Part shown: positions 33,553 through 48,992 of the stretch, in pieces
Position numbering within the stretch: position 1 is the stretch's first letter
Layout of the letters: every line of letters starts with the position of its first letter
Source: Chrysomallon squamiferum
Lineage: Eukaryota; Animalia; Mollusca
NCBI GenBank assembly: GCA_012295275.1
Contig: CM022670.1
Location: 4,030,001 to 4,094,000, forward strand
Reading direction: 5' to 3'
Length of the DNA stretch: 64,000 nt
Position numbers and translations under genes: made by a program
The notes under the pieces: generated by a model
Database searches by the model: none
What the model was told of the DNA's origin: nothing
Seen by the model: only the letters and a program-made list of their open reading frames with translations

Positions 33553-36524
33553 AACATGCTTTACTGGTTTTAGTTATGAATATTTAAAATGTTTAATTTA
33601 AATGATACAGACTGATAATTTCTTCATAGGATTAAAAAAAAAAAAATAAACATAATAATAATAAAAAATATTAAAAAAAACAAAAAACAACATAATAATA
33701 AAAATAAATAAATAAAGATAAATATATTTAAATTAATAATAATAATAGTGATGACAAACAAAAAATAAAATAATTTTCAATTTTAATCTTTATAATTATT
33801 TTAATTGGAAGCATTAATAACATTTGTTAAAATTATTGTCATACCCCCAACTGAACGAGTAGTTGATAGATAGAGAATAGAAATGTTTTTTTTATGGTAA
33901 ATACGTTCTGGCACTCAGCCTTATGGCAGTGGTTTGTTAGTCCAGCATACACAAAAGTTAATCTGAGTCAAACAAAGGAGGCAGCCAGAAACTAAAGACC
34001 TAAGACATAAAGTTGATTTAGCATTTGGGCATTTTTTTAAACCCACATACCATTGTTGTATAAGAGCATAAATAGAAATATGTGATACCTATTGTAGTAT
34101 TTTTTTTTTTTTTTTTAAAACACTATTTTTGTTTTCTTCCATATTTAAGAATAAAAAAAATAATAAAAGATTAATATAAAATGGAACCAAAAGATGACTG
34201 TCAGTAAGTTAATTTTTACACATTTTAATAATAACAAACGTCAGGTGTCAACATATGGTTCCTGTCTAATAATAATATCTGAGAGATGAAACCTGCAATT
34301 ACCGCACTGTGGGATACTTTTATCAGCTAGCAGCAAGATCTTTTATTATCCAGAATGCATGTAACTCAAGTTATTGGGAAGTGGCTGGAATGATAAATAG
34401 CCTGCTGTATTTTCTTTATACATGCCAGCTAATTAGAAAGGATGTCATGTAACTGGCTTTATATGTTCTTTTCCAGACTGCTTATTCTAAAAGCTGATAC
34501 TAGAATCTTATTCATTGAGAGTTAATTTGTGTTATTTTGTCATTCTTTTACTGATGCACTTTGAGTTAGAATCTGTTAACAAGGGTACAAGTACATATTC
34601 AAACATTTTGTGTTTCAGAGGTCAACCAACTTGAGGATCCTAGGCAGCAATGGAGGAAAGAACAAGAACAGATGCTCAAGGATTATCTGGTTACAGCACA
34701 AGAAGATCTAGCTGTAAGTTTTTTTATTTTTTAAAATTAGTTTCTATTTTCTAAATGTTTGAAATTTATAAATTGATGTTGCACTGTGAAAACTGATGAG
34801 AGTAGTTTTTTTTTTTTTACTGTTGTTACTTCTAAATAAAAAGTTTATTTCACATTCCTTGTACCTGTAAACACAGATATAAATTTACCTCCAAAATTTA
34901 CATTCCAGGCCAAGAAAGAGATCTATGCTGTGAAGGAACAGCGTCTTCGACTTGCCCAGGATGAGTATCATCACCTCACGGAAACACTGTCTGGCTGGAA
35001 GTCCTCCAGAACTAGCTGTGAGTTCAAACCTTCTTTTTCATTTTTTATTCTTTCTCCCACAGACTGCAAGGATGAAATACACTGCATTATGTTTACAAAA
35101 ATGAAGATGAATATGTGTCTACCAGAGAAAGAAATGATGTATGTATGTCTGCCAGAGAAAACAAAAAAAAGTGCATATATGAGTGCGTGAGAGAGAAAAA
35201 GACAGAGCAAAGTGAGAGACAGACAGACAGACAGAACAATTTTGAATATTTTCAAGCTTTATTTATCCTTCAGGTGTTCAGCTTCTTCTTCTTTTACTTT
35301 TAGTCTTCTATAATTTTCTTTATCAACACAGTTGTACACAAGCATGTAACTTGTTTAGTTGAGTGTACAGTAAGTCTGGTGTTTGTCTGTGCTATTGGTT
35401 AACTCAAGTCAGATGAAGTGTTAATAAAAGAGCTGAGTGAAACGAGATACCTCTGACTAACACAACAACTATTACTAGCAGTAATTAGCTAAGAGTGGGG
35501 CAGTACAGTTTTTGTAAACACAGAACCTGAGCAGCCAAGCACACGCTGAAAAGAAAGTGCATGCAGAAAACCGCAAACAAATTACTGTCATGAAAAAAAT
35601 GTGATTTCTTTAAAAAGTATGTAGTGGTTGAGGGATGAAAGAATTCATCTTGCAGATGATTAATGAAACATATCATATGTTTGGTGTTTAAACTGGAAAT
35701 AAATATAATAGAAGTTTTTATATATAGAAATGTGTGTGTGTGTGTGTAAACAGTGTTAATCTACAAATAGACAGCAAGCACATATCAAATTAATTTTCAT
35801 TTTTATTACTGTGGTAATTATGTGATACAAATGTGAAATTAAAGCAAATGTAGACGTCGTCATGTTTTTACAGAAGGGAATAAAAAAAAAATTAAAAAAA
35901 ATAAGACCAAAAGTAAAAACTACAAAAATATCTTCTAATGACTACCAAGGTGGAGGTTAAAAAAAAAAAGAAAAAAAGAAATGTGTTAAATATAACTAAG
36001 AACCCCCCAGATTGCCACACACATTATCAGTTAGAATTGTCCTGGCCTCTTTTAATGGTGTAACATTAGCAGGAGTTGGACAGGTAGTTGGGTTTTAGTT
36101 TTCTTTTGTACCCCCTGCAGTACGTGGTTTTATATTTCCTGGTGTTTCTCCAGTCACCCTTTTTGCACTTACTTTTCATTTGGAGTCGGGCTATTACTTT
36201 TCTACAGCCAGCCTGCTGAGAAGTGGTTTATCTGTTTGGTATTACAAATTCTAACATGTATGTGCTCGTGGTGTGGTCCATCACACTCGAAACAACACTT
36301 CTTTTCCTTTTTTAAAATCCATTCCAAGATGCTGCTTGCAATTTAAGAAAGAAAACCAACAACAACAAAAAGAGAATAATAAATAGCTTCGTTTTTTTTT
36401 TTTTTTTTTTTTTTTTTTTCAGTGCCATTTATTAGGAATCTTATCATATGCTAAAGGAAATTGCTGTTTATGCTTATTATAAACAGGATGCCAGTTCATA
36501 TGATAATAATAATAATAATAATAA

Positions 36525-36558
<34 letters not shown>

Positions 36559-37493
36559 CATACACAGCTGTTTTTTAATTTTTGTTCTTATTTGTTTTTC
36601 CCTTTTTTTTTTTTTTGGAATATCTTTAGTATATTTAAAAGGTCCGTTAGAGTATATAATAATTAAAAATGATTTGAAATGTATTAGTTAGCAGGATCAA
36701 TCCTTGTAAATGAACCTGTTAGGCTGTTTATAGAAAATTAATTAACGTGACCTGATGGTATTGTTCGTCAGTTAAAAACATTGAACTTAATAAAAACTTT
36801 CCACTTATTGTCTTCTTCACTGGGGTGTTCATCACTGTGACTGTTCTGAGAGAAAGTGACAAAGTCATTCACACACAACTACTTCAGTTTGATTTCTCTG
36901 ATACTTCTTGAAAGTGTTTCCTCACGTTTTGTGGGATATTCCCTCTGACTTTATTACCCTCATTAGTTCCAAGAGGCTAGGGTGTTAAGTACACTTTTGC
37001 TAATTGCAGTAAAACAGATGCAGGTGAATGATTTACTGTTCAGTTTTGAGAGAGAGAGAGAGAAATAAATCTATTGAACAAAATTTAAAAAAAACAGGAA
37101 AAAAAGTATATGATTATTTAATATATGGAGCATTGGTTGGAATGGAAAACAGACCTGTAGTTGCAGTGATATTGTCTTCTTTTAGTCAGATAACTAACAA
37201 CATTATTATTATTTTTATTTTGTTTCACTTCTTTTTATTTTATACCAGCACTGTACCAAAACCATGCTGAATGTCATTTGGAATCTATTATGTTGTGAAA
37301 TAAACCTATCTCTTTGTACTTCACTGGCTTACATTGTTATGCCTACAGCTATGTTTACATCATTCAAGTATCCTACATAACTACACATTCCTTCATACTA
37401 CTCACTGGCCTAGTTTGACCACTGCTGTACAACAGACCTCAACAGTTAGCTTTATGTGATAGTAAACAGATATCTATGTGTATATTAACAGAT

Positions 37494-37531
<38 letters not shown>

Positions 37532-39031
37532 TATTATTATTATTATTAATGCAGCCAGGAACTTAATTGTTTGTTTAATGCCTTACATTATAGTGTTACT
37601 CGTTTGGTGGTGTGTCTGTTAAAATATTAGTGTATAAGAAGAATCATCATTTTTTTTTATTTTTATTTTTTTCCCTCCTAGGTTAATTATTAACAACCTT
37701 TTAATTTGATTTTTAAAGAAGTTTATTTTATTTTATTAATATAATTTTTTTTATTTATTTTTTTTCTATATGTACCAGTTTTTTCAGTTTGGACACAGTA
37801 TTTGTGTGTTAAAACAAAAGTTAAATCCCAAAGTTTGCATTCATAAAAACATAAATCGGTTTCTCTGGGTTTTAATCTAAAAAAAAGTAACAGTGACTAG
37901 TCTTATTCTGAAGTGAAAACATATTAGATTGTTTTGGTGTTTTTTTCCTGTTTTAGATAAATATATATATTTATTATTATTTTTTTTTTTTGGCATAAAT
38001 TTGATACTTGAGCATTAACTGTCTAACATGCAGATGAATATTTTATGTATACCGATTACATATATATAGATTTCCCTCATTTTTTTTAATTTTTTTTTTT
38101 CCAGTCAGTATTATAGCATTAGCAAATACTGTTTTCCAGTTCTTAGTTCATTAGTAGTTAAATCATGTCTCACTGAAACTGATCAGATATGTCTTCACTG
38201 AGCTTCACTTGTTCTGAAGTTAAACAAAATTACTTTGCCATATTAAATTCCATTGTGTGTATTAGCTCTGAGCATTTCCCATGCACAATGTAATCCCACT
38301 CGGGCTTATAATATCTTGCAGCTCTCTGGTATGCAGTATGGTTTCTCTCTCTCTCATGTGATCTGACCTGGTATTTTCTTTATGCCAGTTTTGACAGGTT
38401 AATATTCAGAAAGCTTTAAGCCCAATACATCAAACAGTTTTTGCACTGGAATGTAGAACTTGAAGGAATAGTTCTGTTCCACACACCTCCCCCCCACCTT
38501 GGTGTTTTTCTGCTGCTGATTGCATTCATGTACAATTGCATAGCTGAGATGGCAAACAATACTGATTTATTTCATCTGTTTTGTGTCAGAATGCCTCCTC
38601 CTCCTGATTTAGTGTGCATTTTGTTTATCAAATTGTTGTGAAATTTGGGCTCATCAGTAAATAAAACAGCACTGTTATTTTTATCACACCAATAACAAAT
38701 AATAAAATAAAAATTTGAAATATATTATATTAAATTATTGCTTCATCATGTTAAAATATTTAATGAGATTTATACTGAGAGAGAGAGAGAGAGAGAGAAA
38801 GAGTTAGAGAGAGAGAGAGAGTAATGATATACAATATCAATTTGATATAAGGCAACAAAAGAATGGATAGAAAGAGAAAAAGATTTAGGAAAAAGATGAG
38901 AATCTAACAATGTTATTTCCTACTATTTTATGGATCATCAAACAATAATAATAAAACAATAGAAAAGTTTAAATGAAAACTGATTATTTCCTACAGATAT
39001 GTATTATCTCCTCACTCACTCACTCTCTCTC

Positions 39032-39094
<63 letters not shown>

Positions 39095-39481
39095 TACATA
39101 TATTTAAAGATAAACACACACAAACATTGCCTATACCCAAGTCTATACTTGACAGATTCTTTCATCTTTATTGTTTCTCTTGCTTGCTTTCAGTAAAAAT
39201 ATAAGATTTCATGTTGATATAACAGTATTCTGTTTCTTCAGAATAAATGAAGTATACAATTTAAATAGACCTCTGTACCACACAAGTTTCTGTAGAAAGA
39301 TCTCCATTTAAATTTCTCATGGTGTATATTATTGAAAAAATAAAATAAAAGATTTGAACATTTATGCTTAATTTTTGTATCTAAATATATATGGGGGGTT
39401 TTCTGGGTTTTTTTTTTCAGTACTAAATGCATCTTTCCATAAGAACATATATCACATATTTGAACTTTTCTGCAGTTATTA

Positions 39482-39530
<49 letters not shown>

Positions 39531-41047
39531 CATCATTATTTTTTTATCTAAATACATTATTTATCAAACAATGCAGAGTAAAATTTATGTAGACATCTTC
39601 TTTCTTTTTAACATATATATTTCAATGGCAGCACTGAATATTTCTTTTTTTAATTAAAAAATCTGTTTCTAAAAATGTTACACAGTATTATGTTTAAAAT
39701 TCATCATATTCTGTTTTGTTGAGTATGACATATGAAGTTACTTTTGTACTCACCTATCCTTAAACATTCATTCATTCATTCTCTGAGTGAGTGAGTGAGT
39801 GTAATGTATCCCAGATGATTGTCTTGTAAATGTTTAAGCACTGAGTTGTCCATTAAATTTTGAAATGTGATAGTAAATTAAGCAAGAACATGACAAAAAC
39901 AGTGAAGGAAAGACAACACAATCTTGTTATAAAATATTTTACAGGATGCAAGTCTGTCTTAAATAATCAAGAAAGTCTTTTTGAAAGTAACGATATTTAA
40001 ATTTATTCTTTTGTTGTTAATTATCTTTAAAAATATGCTGATAATATTGTGGTAATAAATTTAGTAAAAATATGGAAAATACAGTAAAGCAAAGAAAACA
40101 GTGTTGATGTGAATATGGTACAGAATAATTTTTCAAGAAAGTGTTTTTGAAAGTAAATATTTTTAATATATTATTTGGTTTGTGAATTGCCATTAAAAAT
40201 ACAACTTTCATTACTATAATTTGTTAATAATAATGTATGATTACAACTTACAGTGATAACTGGAGGCTGATATTTTCATTTATTTTTTCTTAACAAACAG
40301 ACATAGAAAAACAGTAACAGTAGCAGCAGTGACAACAATTACAACAACTTCAACAACAACAAAATCTATAATAAACCAACAAATGTGGCAACATTGCAGA
40401 GATTTATGGCTTTTAAAAATTATTATTGATTTTTATTTTTTGTTATTAAGATCTTTGTTTGAAATTGTTACAAGAAAAAGTTAGCTCCTTGTTTCCATTT
40501 AGTTTTTCTTCATTATTAACACAAACTTTAAACAAAATAGTAATGTGAAGATGTACAAAATGTATTTAAGTCTGAAGTAAATCCTGTAACAGTATATGAG
40601 TATTTTATTTTAGTTCAGTGTACTACAAAAGGTACATCTGACATTTGACTTTAGTCTAGACTATTTATATCTGTTAATGCAGTGGTATAATAATATAAAC
40701 ATGGATAACGTACACATCTTCTTTCTTTTTTCTTTCACCATATGTTGTTTATTTCCTTGAACATCTAAAGTGCTACTTTCTGTTACTAAAACCACTTCAT
40801 TTTTTTTTTTTCTTTTCCAGAACACCACGTAGGTGTATGTAGATGTTTGTAATAAAGTATATTTCCAGTCTTGTTCACATTTGTCGTGCATATTCCGGAT
40901 GCTTCTTCTTCTTTCCCAGAATTCATGGCATTGGTCTCTGTAGATCTTTTTTTTTGTTGTTTTTGTTAGGTTGAGATTTCTTTGATTCACTGAATGTTTT
41001 CAGAGTGTTTGCAAAACAAGTCTGTAAAACAAAATTGTTATTTTGTC

Positions 41048-41084
<37 letters not shown>

Positions 41085-44000
41085 TCAGTATGTTGTAATT
41101 TCTTCCACCCATACAACAGTGCTTACATCAATCAATGAGTCTGCCCCTCTCCATACCATCTGTTGTATTCCCATCCTTTCCAACACATAATGGAAGAAGT
41201 AATGTACAGAATATGAATGTATCGTTTGACATGTTTATTGTAATTTTAATTGGGAGAAAGTGTTGAAAGTCCATTACAAATACATCAGTAGTGAAATAAT
41301 AGAAAAATTGAGAAAGTGTGTTGTGGTTTAAACTTTTGCTAATGTGTTTATCTGGATGTACTGATACGCTTGTAGATGTAATTGATTTTATGCATAAATT
41401 TTACATACTATTTATTACTTTATTTTAGTTATTAATTTTTGGTATTTATTTATCAATTTTTTTAATGTAAATTTATAAAACTGATTTTAGATAATTTATT
41501 TGATGAGAAAAAATTTGTCAGAATGAATGTAATTATTTATAAAATGTGTTAGACAAATTCTATTTATGTTGGTATTAAAAAATATTTTATTAAGTGTTTT
41601 GAAATTTTATTTTTTGTCTTGCAGTGAATTCCAACTCCAGTGTGGGTAGTACAAAATACGATCCTGATTTATTAAAGTCAGATATTTGTCTTGCGAAAAA
41701 AAGCGTTGCTCGACTCAAACGGGAATTGGAACAAATCCGAGCTGAAATGCAGTATAAAGAAAGAGGAGTTGAAACTCTCGCTAGGTGAGTTATTTATTTA
41801 AATCAGCAAGCAAAAAGAACAAATGAATAAAATTACTTTGTAAATTTAAACAATAAAATAAATAATTTAACACCTCAATATATTTTTGATATTACACGAG
41901 TCCAAGATAGTTGACTTTTATCTGGGCTATTATTTATTTTTTTTTTTTTTTTTTTTTCACTTTAAAAAAAAAAAATATTACTTGTATTGGCAGTTTTTCT
42001 TGCTTTGTTTGGTTTTAGACTTTGCTTTTTTTCATGTTGACAAAACAGATTTAAGCTTACAGCTTAAACTATGATTAATTTTCAAATATCATTTTTTTGC
42101 TGCTTTATGATAACAGTGTACAACAAATTGTTTTGCATTATTATTTTCATAATTTTATTTCTATTTTTTCAATGTTTATTTATTAATTTAGCATATATAT
42201 ATATATATTATTATTATTATTATTATTCTAAAACATTTTCTTTCCCTTTTTTCAGTTAAGACTGATCTTTTTTTCTTTCCTAACCGTCTTAAGGTTCTAA
42301 ATATGTTTTAATTACACAGGCAATGTTCTGTCCCACCCAATGGCTGGTTTATCTAACATTATTGTCTGTACTTTCCCATCTGCGGGAGGGTACATACAAA
42401 AGATCCCTTGCTGCTAATTGAAAAAGAATAGCTCATGAGTAGGCAAACGCATGTTTCATCTCTCACTCTTCTTTATGTGTGTTTGATGTCATGTTAAACA
42501 TTTGTTGAGTATGTCATTTAATATAATATTTCTTCTGTTCCTTCAAACGTGATAAATAGACATTGTTAATAAGAAAGGCATGCAGAAACGTGGCCAAGTA
42601 ATCTTTCTTCTTGTACTGTTATCATTTTCTTCTTCTTGTATACAGCGCACTTTATAGCTGTCAGGCTCATAAAATACACTTTTGGCATACATATTGTTTC
42701 TGGTTGGAAAATAATGTTTGCAGATTGATACATGATGTGAATTTGTTTGCTGGAATTGTTTTTGTTACATGCATTGAATACCATGAGTACCGAAAAAGAC
42801 ATAGCTTTCTGCTATTAATCCGAAAGTTCGTCAGTACCGAAAAAGAGTTGGCGCCGTACAGTGTTATTTCAGGAAAATTAACTCAACTGATTTGCAAGAC
42901 AACAGGCGAATCTTGTCAAGCGGAATTTTGAGGAATTTTTTCGAGCTTTTCTTTAAATCATTCTTTCTTTTCTAAATTCTCCTACTTTTTTTGGTTTTCT
43001 TTTTCTTTCTTTTTTTTTTTTTCTTTTGTGTCTAACATTGTGACTGATGTGGTGTATTTTCATTTCACTCTTGGCACTAAATGTTTGATGTATGTTAGGA
43101 TGAACAGTTTTAGCGTGCAAATTGCATAACCTTAAAAGATTTTGTTATTGTTAGCCACTATCAGGCAATCTTGTGAAAATATCAGAAATTCTTTAACTAT
43201 TGTTGTTTTTTTTTACTTTCTGTAACCTTTTTTTTTCTTTCTTTTGTTTTGAATAAAAATTAAACTATTGGAAACAGATTTTTTCTTTAAATATGTAAAG
43301 GAGCAAACTATACAAATAACCTAAACAATAATAAAATAAAATAAACAAAATAAAATAAAGAAAAAGATGGAATTTTATAAAGTTTATTTTTTGCTTTATT
43401 TTTTTTCATTAACTGGCAATCAATATAACTTACTGATTAATTATTTTCTTAATTTTTTAATTATTTTATTTGATTTGGAAATTATTTAAAATTACAACTT
43501 CATCTTTGAAAATGCTTGATACTAAAAACAGAATATCCTCAGTTTAAAAACAAAACCAAAAATATTTTAAAAAAAAACACGTCTTCATTTTAACATCTTT
43601 TTGTTCTTGCCAGTTGCGTCATCTCGTTAAGCACAAATAACATATTAGATATCTAATTCTGTGGAATTCATTTGCCTTTATGTAGTTGAAAAGAATTTTG
43701 TACTACTTGATTACCTAATCCATGCTGTGGTATTTTGGGTGGATGCCAGCAGTAGCGACTGTGTGTGGTATGTCCTTGTACAGGTCTACCAGTTTACCAC
43801 AGTCACTGGATTCTCAACACATCTTGCTACACCTGCTGACCTGTCTCTGAATTCTTGTAGTCGTTCATACATGTGTCTTCTGTCACACAAGTATGCCACT
43901 GAGTTGACAAGTACACTGTTTCCTGTTCATTTCTGTAATAGCATATATATATATATATATATATATTAGTATTCTGTTGTCATCTGTGTTGAAATTTACT

Positions 44001-47000
44001 TCTATAAATGCTTCTGTTAAGAACATTGTTACATGTTCTTGGTTAGAATGTCAACTGCATATTTATGAATTCTTAATAGTTGTCTATACATGTGTCTTTT
44101 TGTCACATGCATATGTCATAGGGTTCAAATATACATAGTTTTCTGTTAATTTATAGTAGTTTATATAATTTACTGCTCTGAAAACTTCTACAGTTTTTTG
44201 TAATGCACATTGTCATGTCTTCGTGGCTGAAATATGAACTGCACACTATAAATTCTTAATGTATGTTTGTATTCAGTCACACAAATATGTGGTAGGATTC
44301 TGATTCAGAAAGTTTTCTTTGACCTTTTATAGCTGTAAAAACACTTGAATTTTCTGATACCTAAGCAATATCTGAACATGATATTTATATTAATGATGAT
44401 GAGAAGAAACTTGTCATCACTGAATTACTGTGGTCACTCATAGCAGCAAGGGATCTTTAATACACACCTTCCCAAAGACAGCACATACCACATAGACTTT
44501 AATAAATCAGTTGGTTTGAAAGAGGAAAAGGATGAAAGGGAATGAATGGAGAATTGATCTTGTAAACTGTTACATTTCACTTGTTGCCAGTCACTTGTAT
44601 TATTTTTGTATTGTAGAATGTGACTTTAATAACAGTCTATATTAAAAATAGTAGCAGAAGTATTACTAGTAGTAATAATAACAACAACAACAACACTACT
44701 ACAACTAAATAAAATAAATAAAAATTTAAAAACAAATAAATTAAAAAAGAATTTAAAAAAATTATTTTTAGTAATATATATGTGTATATTTCTATTTAAA
44801 GTTTTCTTGCATATACATTTTTTTTTTTTTTCCCAAACTACATGAAGCACAATATATCTGGAATAAAGAAACCTTCCCATTCATAACACACACACACAGC
44901 ACTAAGTCAGATCACAGAATAGGTTTGCGGTTTTAATTCTTTCTGCACGAGTGCACAATGATAATTACATACCAGATATATGTAAATTGACCACATTCTT
45001 TTCTGCCCATTAACAGATACATTTGTCATATCTTTTTTCATACTTCAACCCATTAGGACTTAATCCATATCACTAATAAATGAAGTTTGACAGCAGATAA
45101 ACGAAAATATTTGTTTATTGACACGTGAACACATTTTTTATGTTAATGGTTATGGCTTGTGGTATTCTAATCATAAAGTATGAAAGAGAAAAATCTGCTG
45201 TAGTCATTCTGTGGGTTAATTTTACCAGTAAGGAATCTTTTGTGTGAAATTCCCATAGATTACTGGACTTTATCCTGCACCCCTGACTGCTTGTTACTGT
45301 AGCACAGAATATTGAAATGAGTCCGAAGTAATTTTTAATTTTTAATTTTTTAATTTGGAATATTTCATTAACTTTATTTACAGTGAATAATAAAATATGT
45401 GTGTGTGTGTGTGTGTGTGTGTTGTAAGAGGATGACTAAAAAAAGCTTTTTTATATTGGTCATGATTAATTTATATTCACAAAGAAAATTCAGCTAATGA
45501 ATATGATGACAAATGAGAAATATTTTTTTTATAAGTGTGTTTTTACTGTAAATATACTTCTGATCATCAAACTAATTCTACAGTAGAATTACTGCAACAA
45601 CGAAAAAGAATATTACCTCTGCTACAACTACTCCTACTCAATCTTATCCTCATTATTACACTCCTGCTGCAGCTTCTACTACAGCTTCTACTACTGATTC
45701 TACTGCTACTATTTAAATACATATGTATGTATATCTTTTTTCAAATGTGTGTTCTAGGGTGGACCAGAAGCTGGGTGGACTGAGCAGTAGTTACAACATA
45801 TCGCAAGCACAAGCCATTCTCATGGAAATACGCCATCTACAGCAAAATCTCACAACAGGCCAGAAAGAGAAAACAGAACTGATGCAGGTAAAAACAATTT
45901 TGTTTTTGTTTTGTTTTTAAATTTCACTCCAGTTGTTGTTTTACTGTTCTATTTTTTCAAGCTGTCTTCTGAATTTTCTCTAAATACAGACTGGTATTTC
46001 ATGACCATGACCTTAGGAATTGAACAAGCAGTCTTGTAAAGCATTAAAAATACTAATAGACTGTTGACTGAATCAAACATAAGCAAAGTACTCATCACTA
46101 TTTATTCAGAAATATTTTTAAACCTTGGGTATCGAAAAAAAAAGAGGCCAAAAAAAGGGAGAACATTTTATAGTTAAAAGGTTTTAGTATTTTATGCATA
46201 TCATTATTATATTAAGAATTATATTTGTCTAAACCCATTCAACATTAACTTGGGCTGGCTCTGTCTGAAATGAGATGTATTGTCTGTTGTACTTGTGATG
46301 TTTAACAACAGTGACAACATCAGTCACCATACAGCATTCTGCCCGGTTCCACACAGCGAATTGTTATTGTAAACATTGCTTTGTTTCTAGCTACCATTCA
46401 TACATTTTCTGTCAGCGGAAAATATAAACCATATGCTTGGTAATACTGAATGAGTTCTGGTGAAAAACCTGAAGTAGATGTTTTATTGTTTTGTTTATAT
46501 ATATAGATATAGATATAGATATAGATAGATAGATAGATATTTGTGTATGTGTGTGTGTTGTGCACATGCAAACCAAATGGACATAAGCATGAATATTTTA
46601 ATGTGTGTACAAATCTCAATTTGTGCTTATTATCTATCTTTAAATGGTCTTTTGTGTGTGTGTGTGTGTAAACTTATAAAACAAATATGTATGTATGTGT
46701 ATGTATGTATGTATGTATGTATGTATGTATGTATGTATGTATAGGCTAAATATATTCATGGATACATACGTTCATGTATTACATTTAGTTTGCATGTGCA
46801 CTCACACACAGGCATCAGAAAGACAAACACATATACTGAAGAATTTATATTTGTATGCTTATGCATATTGGAATAACAGACACCATAAACTGAACATAGT
46901 GAAAATACATTTATTTTCCTAATAGATTTTTATCCAAGATAATAAACTAAAAAAACATAAAAAAACAAAAAACAAACATATATTTTAAATTTGAAGAAAA

Positions 47001-47655
47001 AAATAATAATGAACAATGAATAATTTAAAATGCAACAGAAACATGTGCAAACAGAAAATTGTCATGTTTTTTAATCAGATACCTCTTCTGTTGCAAAAAA
47101 AAAAAAAAAGCCATTCTTTTCTGAGAATGTCAAGAATTTCCAAAATGGCCTAGTGGAAATGGGAGAAAAAAAAAATATAAATGATATTCCGAAACATGAT
47201 ATCATGGCTGATTATTTTCTACATAAGACAATTTTGGCAGATGTTTTTCAGCTCAAAGAGAATCTTTGAAAAAATGTGATTTAGTCCTACAGGTGGGGAA
47301 ACTGTTTACATTTTGGGCAGAGTGCTAGATTTAAGGTCAGCCAGTGTGTAACCTTTTTAATCGGAGATGAATGGAAATACTTTTTCTTCAAAATTGCCTC
47401 CTCCCAATTTTGTCAGGATAAGGAACTGATATTTCTCTGAACTCGTTAACAGTGTGGATGCTATCACAGGAAGTTGCTTGTGTTTTTTTTTTCTCATCAT
47501 CAAAATGTTGAAATTCCAATGGGTGGTTTCCGTGGCCATCATCTGCATAACCTTGAGGTGTGATGTTTATGTGGCTAATTATCAAATATCTACATTTGTT
47601 TCTTGTCTGTCTTCCTCGTGGAGGCAAGAAACCAGACTATGTTTCTTTTTTTTCA

Positions 47656-47692
<37 letters not shown>

Positions 47693-48953
47693 AAAAGTCC
47701 TGATGTGCTGTTTTTCAAGATCATTTACTTCATCTGAATGTCTTTATTCATCAGATACTGATTTCTTTAATTATTATTATTATTATTATTAAATACAAGT
47801 TTATTAAATTTATTAAAAAAAATTATTATAATGTTGGTAAGCTACTTATGTCTGACTGTAATTTCTCTAGTAAAGACATTTTTTTTTTTTTTTTTTTTTT
47901 TTCAGAAATGTTTTTATTTTATTTTAATAAAAAAAAATAATAATAATAATAATAAAGACTCACTTTTAAGTTTATTATTATTTTAATTTTTTTTATTAAA
48001 AAAGTACCAATATTATATATCTGCCTTAAACAGCTTCCTGTGGACATGTGGACAGTGACTGTTCTGAGCACACTAAATCATTACCACTGACCACACATCG
48101 GCTCCCACTGCATTCAGCAAGGTGCAGGTTTTGTCTGATTGTTTTACATGTAAATTATGGACAATTCCAAGATAGTCAGTGAAGGGAAACACAGCAGACG
48201 TACAGCCTAATGGCAGTGTAAACACATTGCTGGCATTCCAGGCCTGTCGAGATAGCAAACTGTTGCTGCACACTCGCTCTCTCTGTTTGTCGGGGCCAAC
48301 GTTTTACAACTGCACTCTGTTTCACATCGCTGTAGTATTTTGTCCTTGTCAGGAACTCGTCCAGAGAATGGGAGAAAAAAAAAAAAAAAACCCCCCCAAA
48401 AAACCCACCTTCCCACTTATAACAACAATAACACCTCCCCTACAACAACAACAACAACATCTTTCCCCTACAACAACAACAACAACAACAACGCAATGAT
48501 TTCCCTTCCAGAAAAAATGACATTTAAAGAAGCCCTAGCAACATGTAAAAAGAAAAAGAAACTTTGTTGTTAAAAATGTAATTTTTTGACATTTTGCAGA
48601 AAACGTGTTTTTTGGGTTGCTGCCATCTACATTATGTGTTTTGTATTGTTTGCTACAGCTGCAGTTCTTATGACTGAAATTTCAGTCTCAGTATGTTCTT
48701 TTTTGTGTGTGTAGTATTTTGATTGTTGTTAAAAGAAATAAAATAAATAATAATAATAATTACAACCTGAAGCCAGTTAAGGGGTTTTTGGGTTTTTTTT
48801 TAATGAATTCTTTTACATTAGTAATTTTAATTTTTCATTATTACTACTTAATTTTTTTATTTAAACCTGAAGCCAATTAATTTTTTTTTTTTTTTTTAAT
48901 GAATTCTTTTACATTAGTAATTTTAATTTTTCATTATTACTACTTAATTTATT

Positions 48954-48992
<39 letters not shown>

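Noticed and set aside
34619-34645. Second WW domain lacks its second Trp (QLEDP)
   Set aside because: This is a known family trait of KIBRA WW2, not a novelty.
45584-45716. Thr/Ser/Ala-rich reading frame in phase with KIBRA exon 5, suggesting an alternative terminal exon
   Set aside because: It is a degenerate (CTA/CTG) trinucleotide repeat with a weak acceptor and no supporting homology.
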